Source of the DNA: an uncultured Pigmentiphaga sp.
Lineage (GTDB): Bacteria > Pseudomonadota > Gammaproteobacteria > Burkholderiales > Burkholderiaceae_B
Assembly: GCA_937891425.1 (NCBI GenBank)
Contig: CALAGD010000051.1
Span: 9,956 to 73,955, forward strand
Direction: 5' to 3'
DNA: 64,000 nucleotides
The first letter of the stretch is position 1. Each line of letters starts with the position of its first letter. The notes beneath the pieces were generated by a model, which made no database searches, was not told the DNA's origin, and was given only the letters and a program-made list of their open reading frames with translations. This document shows, in pieces, positions 52,213 to 60,992 of this stretch. Position numbers and translations under genes: made by a program.

Positions 52213-54501
52213 CTAGCGCCCCTGGTTGGCGTGAACCACGGCAAACACCGTCATGTTGACGATGCGCCGGACCGTAGCGCTGGGAGTCAGCACATGCACC
52301 GGGGCGTTGGCCCCCAGCAGCACCGGCCCAATTGCCACATTGGCGCCCGCAGCCGTCTTCAGCAAGTTATAGGCGATATTGCCAGATTCAATGTTCGGAC
52401 ATACCAGCAGGTTGGCGGGGCCGTTCAGCGTGCTGTGCGGCATGATGCGCTGGCGCTCGACGGGATCCAGCGCAAGGTCACCATGCATCTCGCCATCGAC
52501 TTCGAGCCACGGTGCTTCACGGCGCAGGATGTCCAGAGCCTGACGCTGCTTCACCGCCGACGGCGTGTTGTGCGAGCCGAAGTTGGAATGTGACAGCAGG
52601 GCCACCTTGGGCTCAAGGTTCAGCCGCTTCATTTCTTCGGCGGCCATGATGGTGATGTTGGCAATTTCCTCGGCCGTCGGGTTCTCGTTCACATGGGTGT
52701 CGACAAGGGCGACGGTACGTTCCGGCAGCACCAGGAAATTCATGGCCGCATATGCCTTGGCGCCCTCGCGCTTGCCTATGACTTCGTCGATGTAGCGCAG
52801 GTGATTGGCAAACAGGCCGACCGTGCCGCAAATCATGCCGTCGGCCTCGCCCAGATGGATCATCATGGCGCCGATCAGGGTGAGCCGCCGGCGCATTTCC
52901 ACTTTGGCGAGATCTTGCGTGATGCCGCGCCGGTTCATGATTTCCCAGTAACGGGTCCAGTACTGCCGGAAGCGCGAGTCGAACTCGGGGTTGGTGACAT
53001 CGAAGTCGACTCCCAGGCGCATTCTCAGACCCAGGCGCTCGATCCGGGCTGCCAGCACGGAGGGGCGCCCGATCAGGATGGGCCGCGCGATCTGCTCGTC
53101 GATGACGATCTGTACGGCACGCAGCACGCGCTCGTCTTCGCCCTCGGCAAATACGATGCGGTTCTTGCCGCGCTCGCGTGCGAACTGCTTCGCCAGCGCA
53201 AAGATCGGCTTCATGAACGCGCCCGAGTGGTACACGAACTGCTGCAGCTGGTTGACGTAGGCGTCCATGTCGGCGATGGGCCGGGTAGCTACCCCGGAGT
53301 CCATGGCCGCCTGGGCAACGGCCGGAGCAATACGCGTGATGAGGCGTGGATCGAATGGCTTGGGGATGAGATATTCGCGCCCGAAGGAAACATCGAGCTT
53401 GTTGTAGGCCCGCGCGACGATGTCGCTGACTTCCTCACGCGCCAGTCCGGCAATGGCATACACTGCGGCCACCTCCATTTCACGGGTAATGGCGGTAGCG
53501 CCCACGTCGAGTGCACCACGAAACAGGTAGGGGAAGCACAGGACGTTGTTCACCTGGTTCGGGTAGTCGGAGCGGCCGGTGGCAATGACCGCATCATCGC
53601 GCACTGCCATCACCTCTTCCGGCGTGATCTCGGGCTCGGGATTGGCCAGCGCCAGGATGACGGGATTGGGCGCCATGCGCGCGACCATGTCGGGCTTGAG
53701 CACGCCCCCGGCCGAAAGTCCCAGGAACACGTCAGCATTGTCGATGACCTCGGCCAGCGTGCGTGCATCGGTCTCGCGCGCGTAACGGGCCTTGCGCTCG
53801 TCCATCAGGACCGTGCGCCCTGCATAGACCACACCTTCGATGTCGGTCACCCAGATGTTCTCGCGCCTGACCCCCAGCTCTTCCATCAGGCCGAGGCAGG
53901 CAAGCGCTGCCGCACCCGCGCCCGAGGTCACTACCTTCACCTCGTCGATCTTCTTGTCGACCACCTTCAGCGCGTTGACGAACGCCGCCGCAACCGTGAT
54001 GGCAGTTCCATGCTGGTCGTCGTGAAAGACCGGAATCTTGAGGCGCTCACGCAGCCTGGCCTCGATCTGGAAGCACTCGGGCGCCTTGATGTCCTCCAGG
54101 TTGACCCCTCCGAACGTGGGTTCGAGTGCCGCCACGATCTCGACGAACTTGTCGGGGTCGGTCTCGTTGATCTCGATGTCAAAGACATCAATGCCCGCGA
54201 ACTTCTTGAACAGGACCGCCTTGCCTTCCATGACCGGCTTGGCGGCGACTGCCCCGATCGCTCCCAGGCCAAGGACCGCCGTGCCATTGGTGATGACACC
54301 GACCAGGTTGCCCCGCGCGGTATAGCGCATTGCGTTGTTGACGTCGGCGACGATTTCCTCGCACGCGGCGGCAACGCCCGGCGAGTAGGCCAGCGCCAGG
54401 TCGCGCTGGTTGGTGAGATGCTTGGTAGGGGTGACGGAAATCTTCCCCGGGCGGCCCGATTCGTGATAGGCGAGTGCGGCTTTGCGAAAGGTGGGATCCA
54501 T
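52213..54501 (-). CDS. maeB: NADP-dependent malic enzyme (malic enzyme + phosphotransacetylase-like domain)
   Basis: 762 aa; N-terminal [13 protein letters not shown]...[11 protein letters not shown] plus a C-terminal PTA-like domain. Confidence 0.95.
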   Translation of the reverse strand: MDPTFRKAALAYHESGRPGKISVTPTKHLTNQRDLALAYSPGVAAACEEIVADVNNAMRYTARGNLVGVITNGTAVLGLGAIGAVAAKPVMEGKAVLFKKFAGIDVFDIEINETDPDKFVEIVAALEPTFGGVNLEDIKAPECFQIEARLRERLKIPVFHDDQHGTAITVAAAFVNALKVVDKKIDEVKVVTSGAGAAALACLGLMEELGVRRENIWVTDIEGVVYAGRTVLMDERKARYARETDARTLAEVIDNADVFLGLSAGGVLKPDMVARMAPNPVILALANPEPEITPEEVMAVRDDAVIATGRSDYPNQVNNVLCFPYLFRGALDVGATAITREMEVAAVYAIAGLAREEVSDIVARAYNKLDVSFGREYLIPKPFDPRLITRIAPAVAQAAMDSGVATRPIADMDAYVNQLQQFVYHSGAFMKPIFALAKQFARERGKNRIVFAEGEDERVLRAVQIVIDEQIARPILIGRPSVLAARIERLGLRMRLGVDFDVTNPEFDSRFRQYWTRYWEIMNRRGITQDLAKVEMRRRLTLIGAMMIHLGEADGMICGTVGLFANHLRYIDEVIGKREGAKAYAAMNFLVLPERTVALVDTHVNENPTAEEIANITIMAAEEMKRLNLEPKVALLSHSNFGSHNTPSAVKQRQALDILRREAPWLEVDGEMHGDLALDPVERQRIMPHSTLNGPANLLVCPNIESGNIAYNLLKTAAGANVAIGPVLLGANAPVHVLTPSATVRRIVNMTVFAVVHANQGR

Positions 54502-54555
54502 ACGAGCTGTGACAGGCGAGAACAGGTTGAGGGGGAGGCGGATGCGTATCGGATG

Positions 54556-55470
54556 TTATACGACCGGCAGGGATAGTCGGGGAAACAGACCTCGCGGGTC
54601 GAAGATCAGCTTCACATCTTCCTCGAATTCGAAGATGCGGGCAGGTGAAGGGGGACGGTGCAACGGAGCGCTGTCGGACGGTTTTTCCGGGATGGGCCCC
54701 TGCCCCGCGTCCGGTGCAGCGGGCCAGGATGCAGCATGTGCGGGAAGGAAATGGGCCGACAGAAGCCAGCCAAGGCTGCCCTGGCTACCCGGCCAGACAT
54801 GCGCCAGGTTCTGCTCGGGCTGCAGCAGGGCGTCTAGCCGATAGCGCGCGGGCCATGCCGGGAGATGCCGCCAGGCACGGTATCCGGGCGAATTCACGAG
54901 GATGAACAGCTGCGACACGAGGCTGCGGGCCGCGTCGCTGAGCGGCTCGCGTTGCACGTCGGCACCGAAAGGTCCGAAACGCTCGATCGCGCCTTCAGCC
55001 AGGAGAACATCTACCGCCAGCAGATACCGGGCGACACGCTCGAAATCGGCATTCGACACCTGCGCCAGCCATTGGGCAAGCAGGGCGTCGTCGGGAGCTG
55101 CCTGGAACAGCTCGGGCAGCAGCGTGCGCAGATCGCGCACTGAAGCGCCGGCTTGGGCGATGATCCGCCCATCGGCAAGTCGGCGCACGGCATTCAGCGC
55201 ATGCGGATGAACGATGAGGGCCGGGATGTGGTCGGGCACCGGGCAACCGGCAAGCACCAGCAGGGTTCCTGTCTCGACGCACAGGGCGCGCGCATGCAGC
55301 AGGTCTTCCTCGCGAGCCGGGTAGAGTGCGGCGCGGTCTGCCCCATCAGGGGAAGGCGGGCCTGGCTCAACCCGGCCATGAATGCACCGCGCAAGGCGGC
55401 GGCAGAAACGCGTCCAGGGGTCTGCAGCCGTGCTGAACCCGGTCAGGAAAGCGCGTCTGGAAGGGCGCAT
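54556..55470 (-). CDS. Hypothetical protein with degenerate FAD-binding (PCMH/GlcE-like) resemblance
   Basis: Longest ORF in the interval. There is weak pattern similarity to FAD_binding_4 proteins (ALYPAREEDLL.AR..C.ETG..L.. ; AQAGASVRDL ; GSQGSLGWLLSAHF), but the Gly-rich FAD loop is absent. Confidence 0.4.
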   Translation of the reverse strand: MRPSRRAFLTGFSTAADPWTRFCRRLARCIHGRVEPGPPSPDGADRAALYPAREEDLLHARALCVETGTLLVLAGCPVPDHIPALIVHPHALNAVRRLADGRIIAQAGASVRDLRTLLPELFQAAPDDALLAQWLAQVSNADFERVARYLLAVDVLLAEGAIERFGPFGADVQREPLSDAARSLVSQLFILVNSPGYRAWRHLPAWPARYRLDALLQPEQNLAHVWPGSQGSLGWLLSAHFLPAHAASWPAAPDAGQGPIPEKPSDSAPLHRPPSPARIFEFEEDVKLIFDPRGLFPRLSLPVV

Positions 55471-55544
55471 GGACTACCTTCTGGGCAAACGGTGAAACGA
55501 ACGGGAACGCGTCTTGGCATACGGCAACGGGTTTGCTGCACCAA

Positions 55545-55571
55545 TGAAAACGCCCCACGACTTCGTGGGGC
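55545..55571 (-). terminator. Rho-independent terminator of the transglycosylase gene
   Basis: GCCCCACG-actt-CGTGGGGC, followed on the minus strand by GTTTTCATT; about 65 nt after the stop at 55636. Confidence 0.6.
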
Positions 55572-55635
55572 GCCTATCGGCGCGACAACGCAATTGTAGC
55601 GTTCGTTGCCCGTATCGGCTGCGCAGGGTGCCGGC

Positions 55636-56886
55636 TTACATGCCCTGCCAGCGCAACGAGAAGGAGGAAACCGGTTCGAAATCGTTCGCCGCCACCCGCG
55701 ACTGCTGCCCGGTACCTTCAGGAAACAGTCCGCGCGCCACGGACCGGGCCGCTTCGCCAATTGCCCGTGTGGTTTCGTCTTCGTCATCCAGGCGTGCACT
55801 CCGGATGTCCCGCTGTCCGGGCTGTTCGCTCTCGAGGGGGGGTGCCACGACCTGCGGCTGGTCAGGCGGCGAGGACCGCGCAACTGGCGCGACGCGGGTC
55901 CGCTGCGATGCCGCAACGGCGGTGCTGCCGTCTTGCGTGACATTGCTGGCTACCATCACGGGAGCTCCGGCGTTACCGATCGCAGCGCGCAGGCGGTCCA
56001 GCTCCGCCAGCACGCGCTTGCCATACTGGCTGCTCTTGCCGGAAGCACCCACGTAACAGGTCAGGCCACCCGCCACCGAACCCCGCTGCTGGATGCACTC
56101 CTTCAGGATCTGAGCCCCCACCTCGATGTTGGCTTCAGGTTTCCAGACGGCCTTGACGCCCCCGAACCGCTCGAAACGCTTGCGGTGGATCCGCGTCATG
56201 ACCTGCATCAGCCCCTGGGCCCCCTTGGGGCTTTGCGCGCGCGGATTGAAGTTCGACTCGATCGCCATCACCGCCAGCAGCAGCAAGGGGTCGAGCTCCA
56301 TGGCATGCCCCACTTCCCAGGCGGTCGACACGACGGTCTGGACGGACTTGGCGGAAACCTTGTACTTGTTCGTGATGTAATGCTGCAACGGTTCAAAATG
56401 CGCCTTCACGGCAAGGGCACGCTCTCTGACGGTCGCCATCATGCCGGGGCTGCCGGGAGCATGCGTCGTCGCGACCTCGGATGCGCCAACTGGCTCCGGC
56501 CCGGCAGGATGCATGGTCTGCGCGACACCTGATGGCACAGCGGCCGTGCCGGGCTGCGACGGCTCGGGTGGGCGGTGTCCGGCCGGCACCGATTCTGCTT
56601 GCGCGGGCATGGCCACCGAGGCCAGTACCAGCATGGCCGCCATGAGCACGCCACCTGATCGGTGCACACGGGTAGCTCCTGCCGGAATCCGCACCCCAGC
56701 CGGCGGCGGTTCGACAGAACCGGAAAGCGGAAGACTGGCGAGTCGGACAGCGCGGCCAGCGGGGACGACGGGGCGCACAGAGGCGCCACCGGCACACGCA
56801 GCGGCGCTGATGGCGGGGCGGCGGCTGGCGGCACGAGCAAAACGGTATGCCAGCCTGCGCAACGTGGACCATCGCACGTCGGGCAT
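55636..56886 (-). CDS. Lytic transglycosylase (SLT domain) protein
   Basis: SLT catalytic motif LLLAVMAIESNFNPRAQSPKGAQGLMQV. ATG 56886 follows AGGAGGTCCGAC. An in-frame GTG 56667 follows AGGAGCTACCCGT and would give a classical signal peptide, HRSGGVLMAAMLVLASVAMPAQA. Confidence 0.8.
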   Translation of the reverse strand: MPDVRWSTLRRLAYRFARAASRRPAISAAACAGGASVRPVVPAGRAVRLASLPLSGSVEPPPAGVRIPAGATRVHRSGGVLMAAMLVLASVAMPAQAESVPAGHRPPEPSQPGTAAVPSGVAQTMHPAGPEPVGASEVATTHAPGSPGMMATVRERALAVKAHFEPLQHYITNKYKVSAKSVQTVVSTAWEVGHAMELDPLLLLAVMAIESNFNPRAQSPKGAQGLMQVMTRIHRKRFERFGGVKAVWKPEANIEVGAQILKECIQQRGSVAGGLTCYVGASGKSSQYGKRVLAELDRLRAAIGNAGAPVMVASNVTQDGSTAVAASQRTRVAPVARSSPPDQPQVVAPPLESEQPGQRDIRSARLDDEDETTRAIGEAARSVARGLFPEGTGQQSRVAANDFEPVSSFSLRWQGM

Positions 56887-57109
56887 GTCGGACCTCCTGC
56901 TAACGGGAAACTTGCACGACCGTGCACACCCGGGGGTATGCTTTGCGGCCGTACCGGGAAGTAATCCGGCGATGATCGCCAGATGGGCTTGCGCATCGCC
57001 GCTGCGATGCACGAGTCCGCATCCCTGCGACTCGTAACCCGCCCTTGCGGGCAGTCCACGGGTCGACCAGGGCACGAGGCACAGGGCGTGTATTGTAGAG
57101 ACCCAATCC

Positions 57110-57138
57110 GGCCATCAACCGCCCGAATGGCCTTTTTT
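57110..57138 (+). terminator. Terminator-like hairpin plus T6 upstream of ubiD (no plus-strand gene ends here)
   Basis: GGCCAT-11 nt-ATGGCC followed by TTTTTT, 94 nt upstream of the ubiD ATG. Confidence 0.35.
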
Positions 57139-57231
57139 ACCCGGGTACAAAATGAAAATTTTGTAAGAATTGCGTAAGCTTTACCCAAACTTCCCGACCA
57201 TGACCCCACTCATCGCCCGTTTCCGCCCGAC

Positions 57232-58776
57232 ATGAAATACCAAGACCTCCGAGACTTTCTGCAGCAACTCGAAGCACGCGGTGATCTGAAGCGTATCCGT
57301 ACCCCCGTCTCCACGTATCTGGAAATGACGGAAATCTGTGACCGCGTGCTGCGACAGGGTGGCCCTGCCCTGCTGTTCGAATCCTCCGTTGACCGTGCCG
57401 GCCAGCCCACGGGCATGCCTGTGCTCGGCAACCTGTTCGGCACGCCGTTGCGCGTGGCGCTGGGCATGGGCGCCGAAAGCGTGATGGCCCTGCGCGATGT
57501 GGGCGAGCTGCTGGCCTCGTTGCGGGAACCAGAACCTCCACGCGGCCTGCGCGATGCCCTCGCCAAAGTGTCGATGCTGAAGAGCGCCCTCTGGGACATG
57601 GCACCCCGCGTGGTGCGGCAGGCCCCATGTCAGGAGGTGGTACTCGAAGGCAAGGAGGTCAACCTGGAGCACCTGCCCCTGCAGTACTGCTGGCCTGGCG
57701 ACGTGGCACCCCTGCTGACCTGGGGCCTGACGATTACCCGGGGCCCGCATCGCAAACGGCAGAACCTGGGCATTTACCGCCAACAGCCCATTGGTCGCAA
57801 CAAGCTCATCATGCGCTGGCTGGCTCACCGGGGCGGGGCGCTGGATTTCCGCGATCACGCGCTTGCCCATCCGGGCACGCCCTTCCCGGTGGCAGTGGCC
57901 ATTGGCGCCGACCCCGCGACCCTGCTCGGAGCCGTCACGCCGGTACCAGATGCTCTCTCGGAATACCAGTTTGCTGGCCTGCTTCGCGGCAGCCGCACCG
58001 AAGTGGCGCGCGCCCTGGGCAGCGACCTGCACGTACCCGCGCGTGCCGAAATCGTGCTGGAGGGCCATATCTTGCCTGCCTCGCATCCCGAGGCACGCCC
58101 GCACCACGCACCGGACGGCGCAACGCCTCCATCCAGCGCCTACGAGATTGCTCTGGAGGGACCTTACGGCGACCATACCGGTTATTACAACGAGCAGGAG
58201 TGGTTCCCGGTCTTCACGGTCGAACGCATCACCATGCGCCGCGACCCCATCTATCACACGACGTACACCGGCAAGCCGCCCGACGAACCCGCAGTGCTAG
58301 GTGTCGCCCTCAACGAGGTGTTCGTGCCGCTGCTGCAGCGCCAGCTTCCCGAGATCGTCGACTTCTATCTTCCGCCGGAAGGCTGCAGCTACCGAATGGC
58401 GGTCGTCTCGATTCGCAAGCAGTACGCAGGTCATGCCAAGCGGGTCATGTTCGGCGTGTGGAGCGTGCTGCGCCAGTTCATGTACACGAAGTTCGTCATC
58501 GTGGTGGACGACGACATCGACATCCGCAACTGGAAGGAAGTGATCTGGGCCGTTACCACGCGCATGGATCCGGTGCGCGACACGGTGCTGGTCGACAATA
58601 CGCCGATCGACTATCTGGACTTTGCTTCGCCCGCTTCAGGACTGGGCGGGAAAATGGGACTGGATGCCACCAATAAGTGGTCCGGAGAAACCACCCGCGA
58701 ATGGGGGCGCCCCATACGCATGGACGACGCGGTTCGCGAGCGTGTTGACGCTATCTGGAATGAGCTGGGGCTGTAA
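57232..58776 (+). CDS. ubiD: 4-hydroxy-3-polyprenylbenzoate decarboxylase
   Basis: 514 aa; [22 protein letters not shown]... UbiD family throughout. Confidence 0.95.
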   Translation: MKYQDLRDFLQQLEARGDLKRIRTPVSTYLEMTEICDRVLRQGGPALLFESSVDRAGQPTGMPVLGNLFGTPLRVALGMGAESVMALRDVGELLASLREPEPPRGLRDALAKVSMLKSALWDMAPRVVRQAPCQEVVLEGKEVNLEHLPLQYCWPGDVAPLLTWGLTITRGPHRKRQNLGIYRQQPIGRNKLIMRWLAHRGGALDFRDHALAHPGTPFPVAVAIGADPATLLGAVTPVPDALSEYQFAGLLRGSRTEVARALGSDLHVPARAEIVLEGHILPASHPEARPHHAPDGATPPSSAYEIALEGPYGDHTGYYNEQEWFPVFTVERITMRRDPIYHTTYTGKPPDEPAVLGVALNEVFVPLLQRQLPEIVDFYLPPEGCSYRMAVVSIRKQYAGHAKRVMFGVWSVLRQFMYTKFVIVVDDDIDIRNWKEVIWAVTTRMDPVRDTVLVDNTPIDYLDFASPASGLGGKMGLDATNKWSGETTREWGRPIRMDDAVRERVDAIWNELGL

Positions 58777-58909
58777 CAGACGACGGGCATTGCTCACGGT
58801 AGCAAAACACCACCTGCGCCGCACCTTGCGCACGTGACCGTGGCGGCGTGGAACAGCATGGGCACGGCCCCTGCGGGCCTGCCTGACTGCCTGAAGCACG
58901 TCATCAGCG

Positions 58910-59236
58910 TCAGCGACGCGCGCCACGCACGGCTTTCCAGGCCTTGCGCATGGCCAGAAACGCCGTCACGATCTTGACCAGCCGCAGGGCATTGCCCTTG
59001 CGCAGGAACAGTGCCGCACCCGACAGCAGCGCCGGATTGTTCAGCAGCTGGCCGCCCAGCCGGTGGAGCAGCCCTTCGCCGACACTGCCACCCATGGGAA
59101 CGATGCGTTGAACCAGGTTGCCTGGCGACAGGGCATTGCGCATCTCGCCCACGCGTTGCGCGAGCTCGATCCGCTCGAGTTCGGCTTGTGCCTGAAGGAG
59201 AGCCTTGCGTACGGCCCGGTCGGACGCTGCACTCAT
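58910..59236 (-). CDS. YqjK-like small protein
   Basis: 108 aa. The N-terminus DRAVRKALLQAQAELERIEL parallels E. coli YqjK ERERRKAQLLSQIQQQRLDL. Third gene after the yqjD- and yqjE-like genes. Confidence 0.5.
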   Translation of the reverse strand: MSAASDRAVRKALLQAQAELERIELAQRVGEMRNALSPGNLVQRIVPMGGSVGEGLLHRLGGQLLNNPALLSGAALFLRKGNALRLVKIVTAFLAMRKAWKAVRGARR

Positions 59237-59709
59237 CGTGGATCACCTGGATCGACTGGATTGTAGGCACCAGACGCTGCGCTGCGCGCGGGCGCGTAGG
59301 ATCGGCGCCCGCCGGACTGTGGCTCGGCCAAAGGCGATGACAGCACCTCGATGTCGCGTTCGAGCTCGGCAATTGTAAGAACAAATGGATGCCTGGCACG
59401 ACGAGCGGTACGCGCGACGCACCACAGGCACAACAGCCCCGCTACGAGCCAGGCCAACCCGAGCAGGCCGATGGCAAGCAGACGATGCTCGGTATCCCAG
59501 AACACCGCCGCGATCAGCGCCGTGAATACGGCAGCGGCCATGGCCACGCACAGCAGGCCCAGCGCCGCCGTAATACCCATCCTGACGGCATTGGCCTTCA
59601 ACTCGGCCAGCTCGATGCCGAACAGCTCGAGGCGGGTACGCGCGGTAGCAACAATTGCCGCAGACAGCGCGCGCAACGCTTCAGGTATCGACGGCGTGGG
59701 CGTGGTCAT
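59233..59709 (-). CDS. YqjE-like (phage-holin-family/DUF1469-type) membrane protein
   Basis: TRLELFGIELAELKANAV followed by two TM helices, collinear with E. coli YqjE (TRLRLAVVELEEEKANLF). Confidence 0.65.
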   Translation of the reverse strand: MTTPTPSIPEALRALSAAIVATARTRLELFGIELAELKANAVRMGITAALGLLCVAMAAAVFTALIAAVFWDTEHRLLAIGLLGLAWLVAGLLCLWCVARTARRARHPFVLTIAELERDIEVLSSPLAEPQSGGRRSYAPARSAASGAYNPVDPGDPR

Positions 59710-60017
59710 CAGCGGCGCGTCACGATGAGACCGATGATGACGCCCACGGCTACCGCCACGCCCAACGCACGCCAGGGATTGTCGTGTACATAATCGTCGG
59801 TGGCACGCGCCGCTGCCTTGCCCCGCTCAACCACGATATCCTGGACATCTGCCAGCCGTTCACGCGCACGCTTCAGACTGGTAAGCGCAGTGGCCCGCAG
59901 TTCGCTGGCCTTTTCCCCGGTGGAAGCTGCCGCTTCCTTCAGCAGGTCTTCGACCTGCCGCAACCCGCTCTTGACCTCGGAAATCAGTTCGTCGTTGGAG
60001 ACAGTGCTCTTTTCCAT
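59709..60017 (-). CDS. ElaB/YqjD/DUF883-family tail-anchored stress protein
   Basis: 102 aa from ATG 60017. C-terminal DNPWRALGVAVAVGVIIGLIVTRR is the family hallmark. Confidence 0.75.
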   Translation of the reverse strand: MEKSTVSNDELISEVKSGLRQVEDLLKEAAASTGEKASELRATALTSLKRARERLADVQDIVVERGKAAARATDDYVHDNPWRALGVAVAVGVIIGLIVTRR

Positions 60018-60092
60018 TGTTGCCGTCCTCTGTTGAGCGTCATACGAGACTATCATAGCAGCGCAGAACCAACCTGGCACCTTTCCTCGCAA

Positions 60093-60992
60093 ATGAGTCT
60101 TGCCCTCCTCTGGATCCCCTCCACCATCGCCGCCGCTGCCGCCCAGACGGCCCGCAACGCCATGCAGCACCAGCTCACCGCAGAAATCGGAACGCTCGGT
60201 GCTACCCAAGTGCGCTTTCTGTACGGTTTTCCCTTTGCCCTCGTGTTTCTGGCCGCCATTTCGCTGGCCGGCGGATCCTTGCCGCCCACCCCCAACAGCA
60301 AGTTCCTTGCCTACATCGCCTGGGGTGCTCTCACCCAGATCCTGGCCACGGCCCTGATGCTGGCGGCCATGAGGGAAAAGTCATTTGCGCTGACCATTAC
60401 CTACATCAAGACGGAAGCCCTGCAGGTAGCGCTGTTCGGGTTCCTGTTCCTGCGCGACCCGCTCACCAGCGGCAGCTTGCTGGCAATCCTGACCACTACC
60501 ATCGGCGTCATCGCCATGACGTGGAAACCAGCCGCCAGGCAATCGCTGATGGACTGGCGGCCCATGCTGCTGGGCATCGGCTCCGGCGCCATGTTCGCTC
60601 TTTCTTCAGTGGGATATCGGGGCAGCATCCTGGCGCTGGAGTCCGGCTCGTTTCTCATGCGCGCGAGCACCTCGGTGACCTGGGGGCTGGCGCTGCAATC
60701 ATTGCTCCTGCTGGTCTGGCTCGGACTGTTCCAGCGTGAGGCCCTCGTGGGCAGCCTGCGGGTGTGGCGTTATTCGCTGTTTGCCGGATTCATGGGTGCG
60801 CTGGCATCGCAGTTCTGGTTCCTCGGCTTTGCGCTGACCACTGCGGCGAATGTACGGACGTTAGGCCTGGTGGAGGTGCTGTTCGCGCAGATCGTCTCGC
60901 GCCGCCTCGCGCAGCGCAGCACCGGGCAGGAGCGCATCGGCATGGCCCTGGTGGTGCTCGGCGTGCTTTGCCTGCTCTGGTTCGCGCAATGA
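60093..60992 (+). CDS. EamA/DMT-family transporter
   Basis: 299 aa, about 10 TM, from ATG 60093. The upstream part of ORF 59655.. is antisense to the yqjD-like gene and is rejected. Confidence 0.75.
   Translation: MSLALLWIPSTIAAAAAQTARNAMQHQLTAEIGTLGATQVRFLYGFPFALVFLAAISLAGGSLPPTPNSKFLAYIAWGALTQILATALMLAAMREKSFALTITYIKTEALQVALFGFLFLRDPLTSGSLLAILTTTIGVIAMTWKPAARQSLMDWRPMLLGIGSGAMFALSSVGYRGSILALESGSFLMRASTSVTWGLALQSLLLLVWLGLFQREALVGSLRVWRYSLFAGFMGALASQFWFLGFALTTAANVRTLGLVEVLFAQIVSRRLAQRSTGQERIGMALVVLGVLCLLWFAQ

Noticed and set aside
52693-54576. 627-aa plus-strand ORF
   Set aside because: It is antisense to maeB. The same reasoning covers 9882..11624 (opposite ugpB), 12869..14476, 15719..16924, 20278..21540, 47286..48728, 49133..50686 and 57181..58257 (opposite ubiD).
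55390-55470. Twin-arginine-like motif SRRAFLTG at the N-terminus of the 304-aa hypothetical protein
   Set aside because: It is not followed by a hydrophobic h-region or an AxA site (FSTAADPWTRFCRRL), so it is probably not a real Tat signal.
56439-57209. Several 64-256-aa ORFs on both strands upstream of the transglycosylase (56441..57037 +, 56662..56964 +, 56983..57177 +, 56439..57209 -)
   Set aside because: They are mutually overlapping, Arg/Pro/Gly/Cys-rich and lack motifs. One runs through the terminator-like element. I treat them as GC-rich artefacts.
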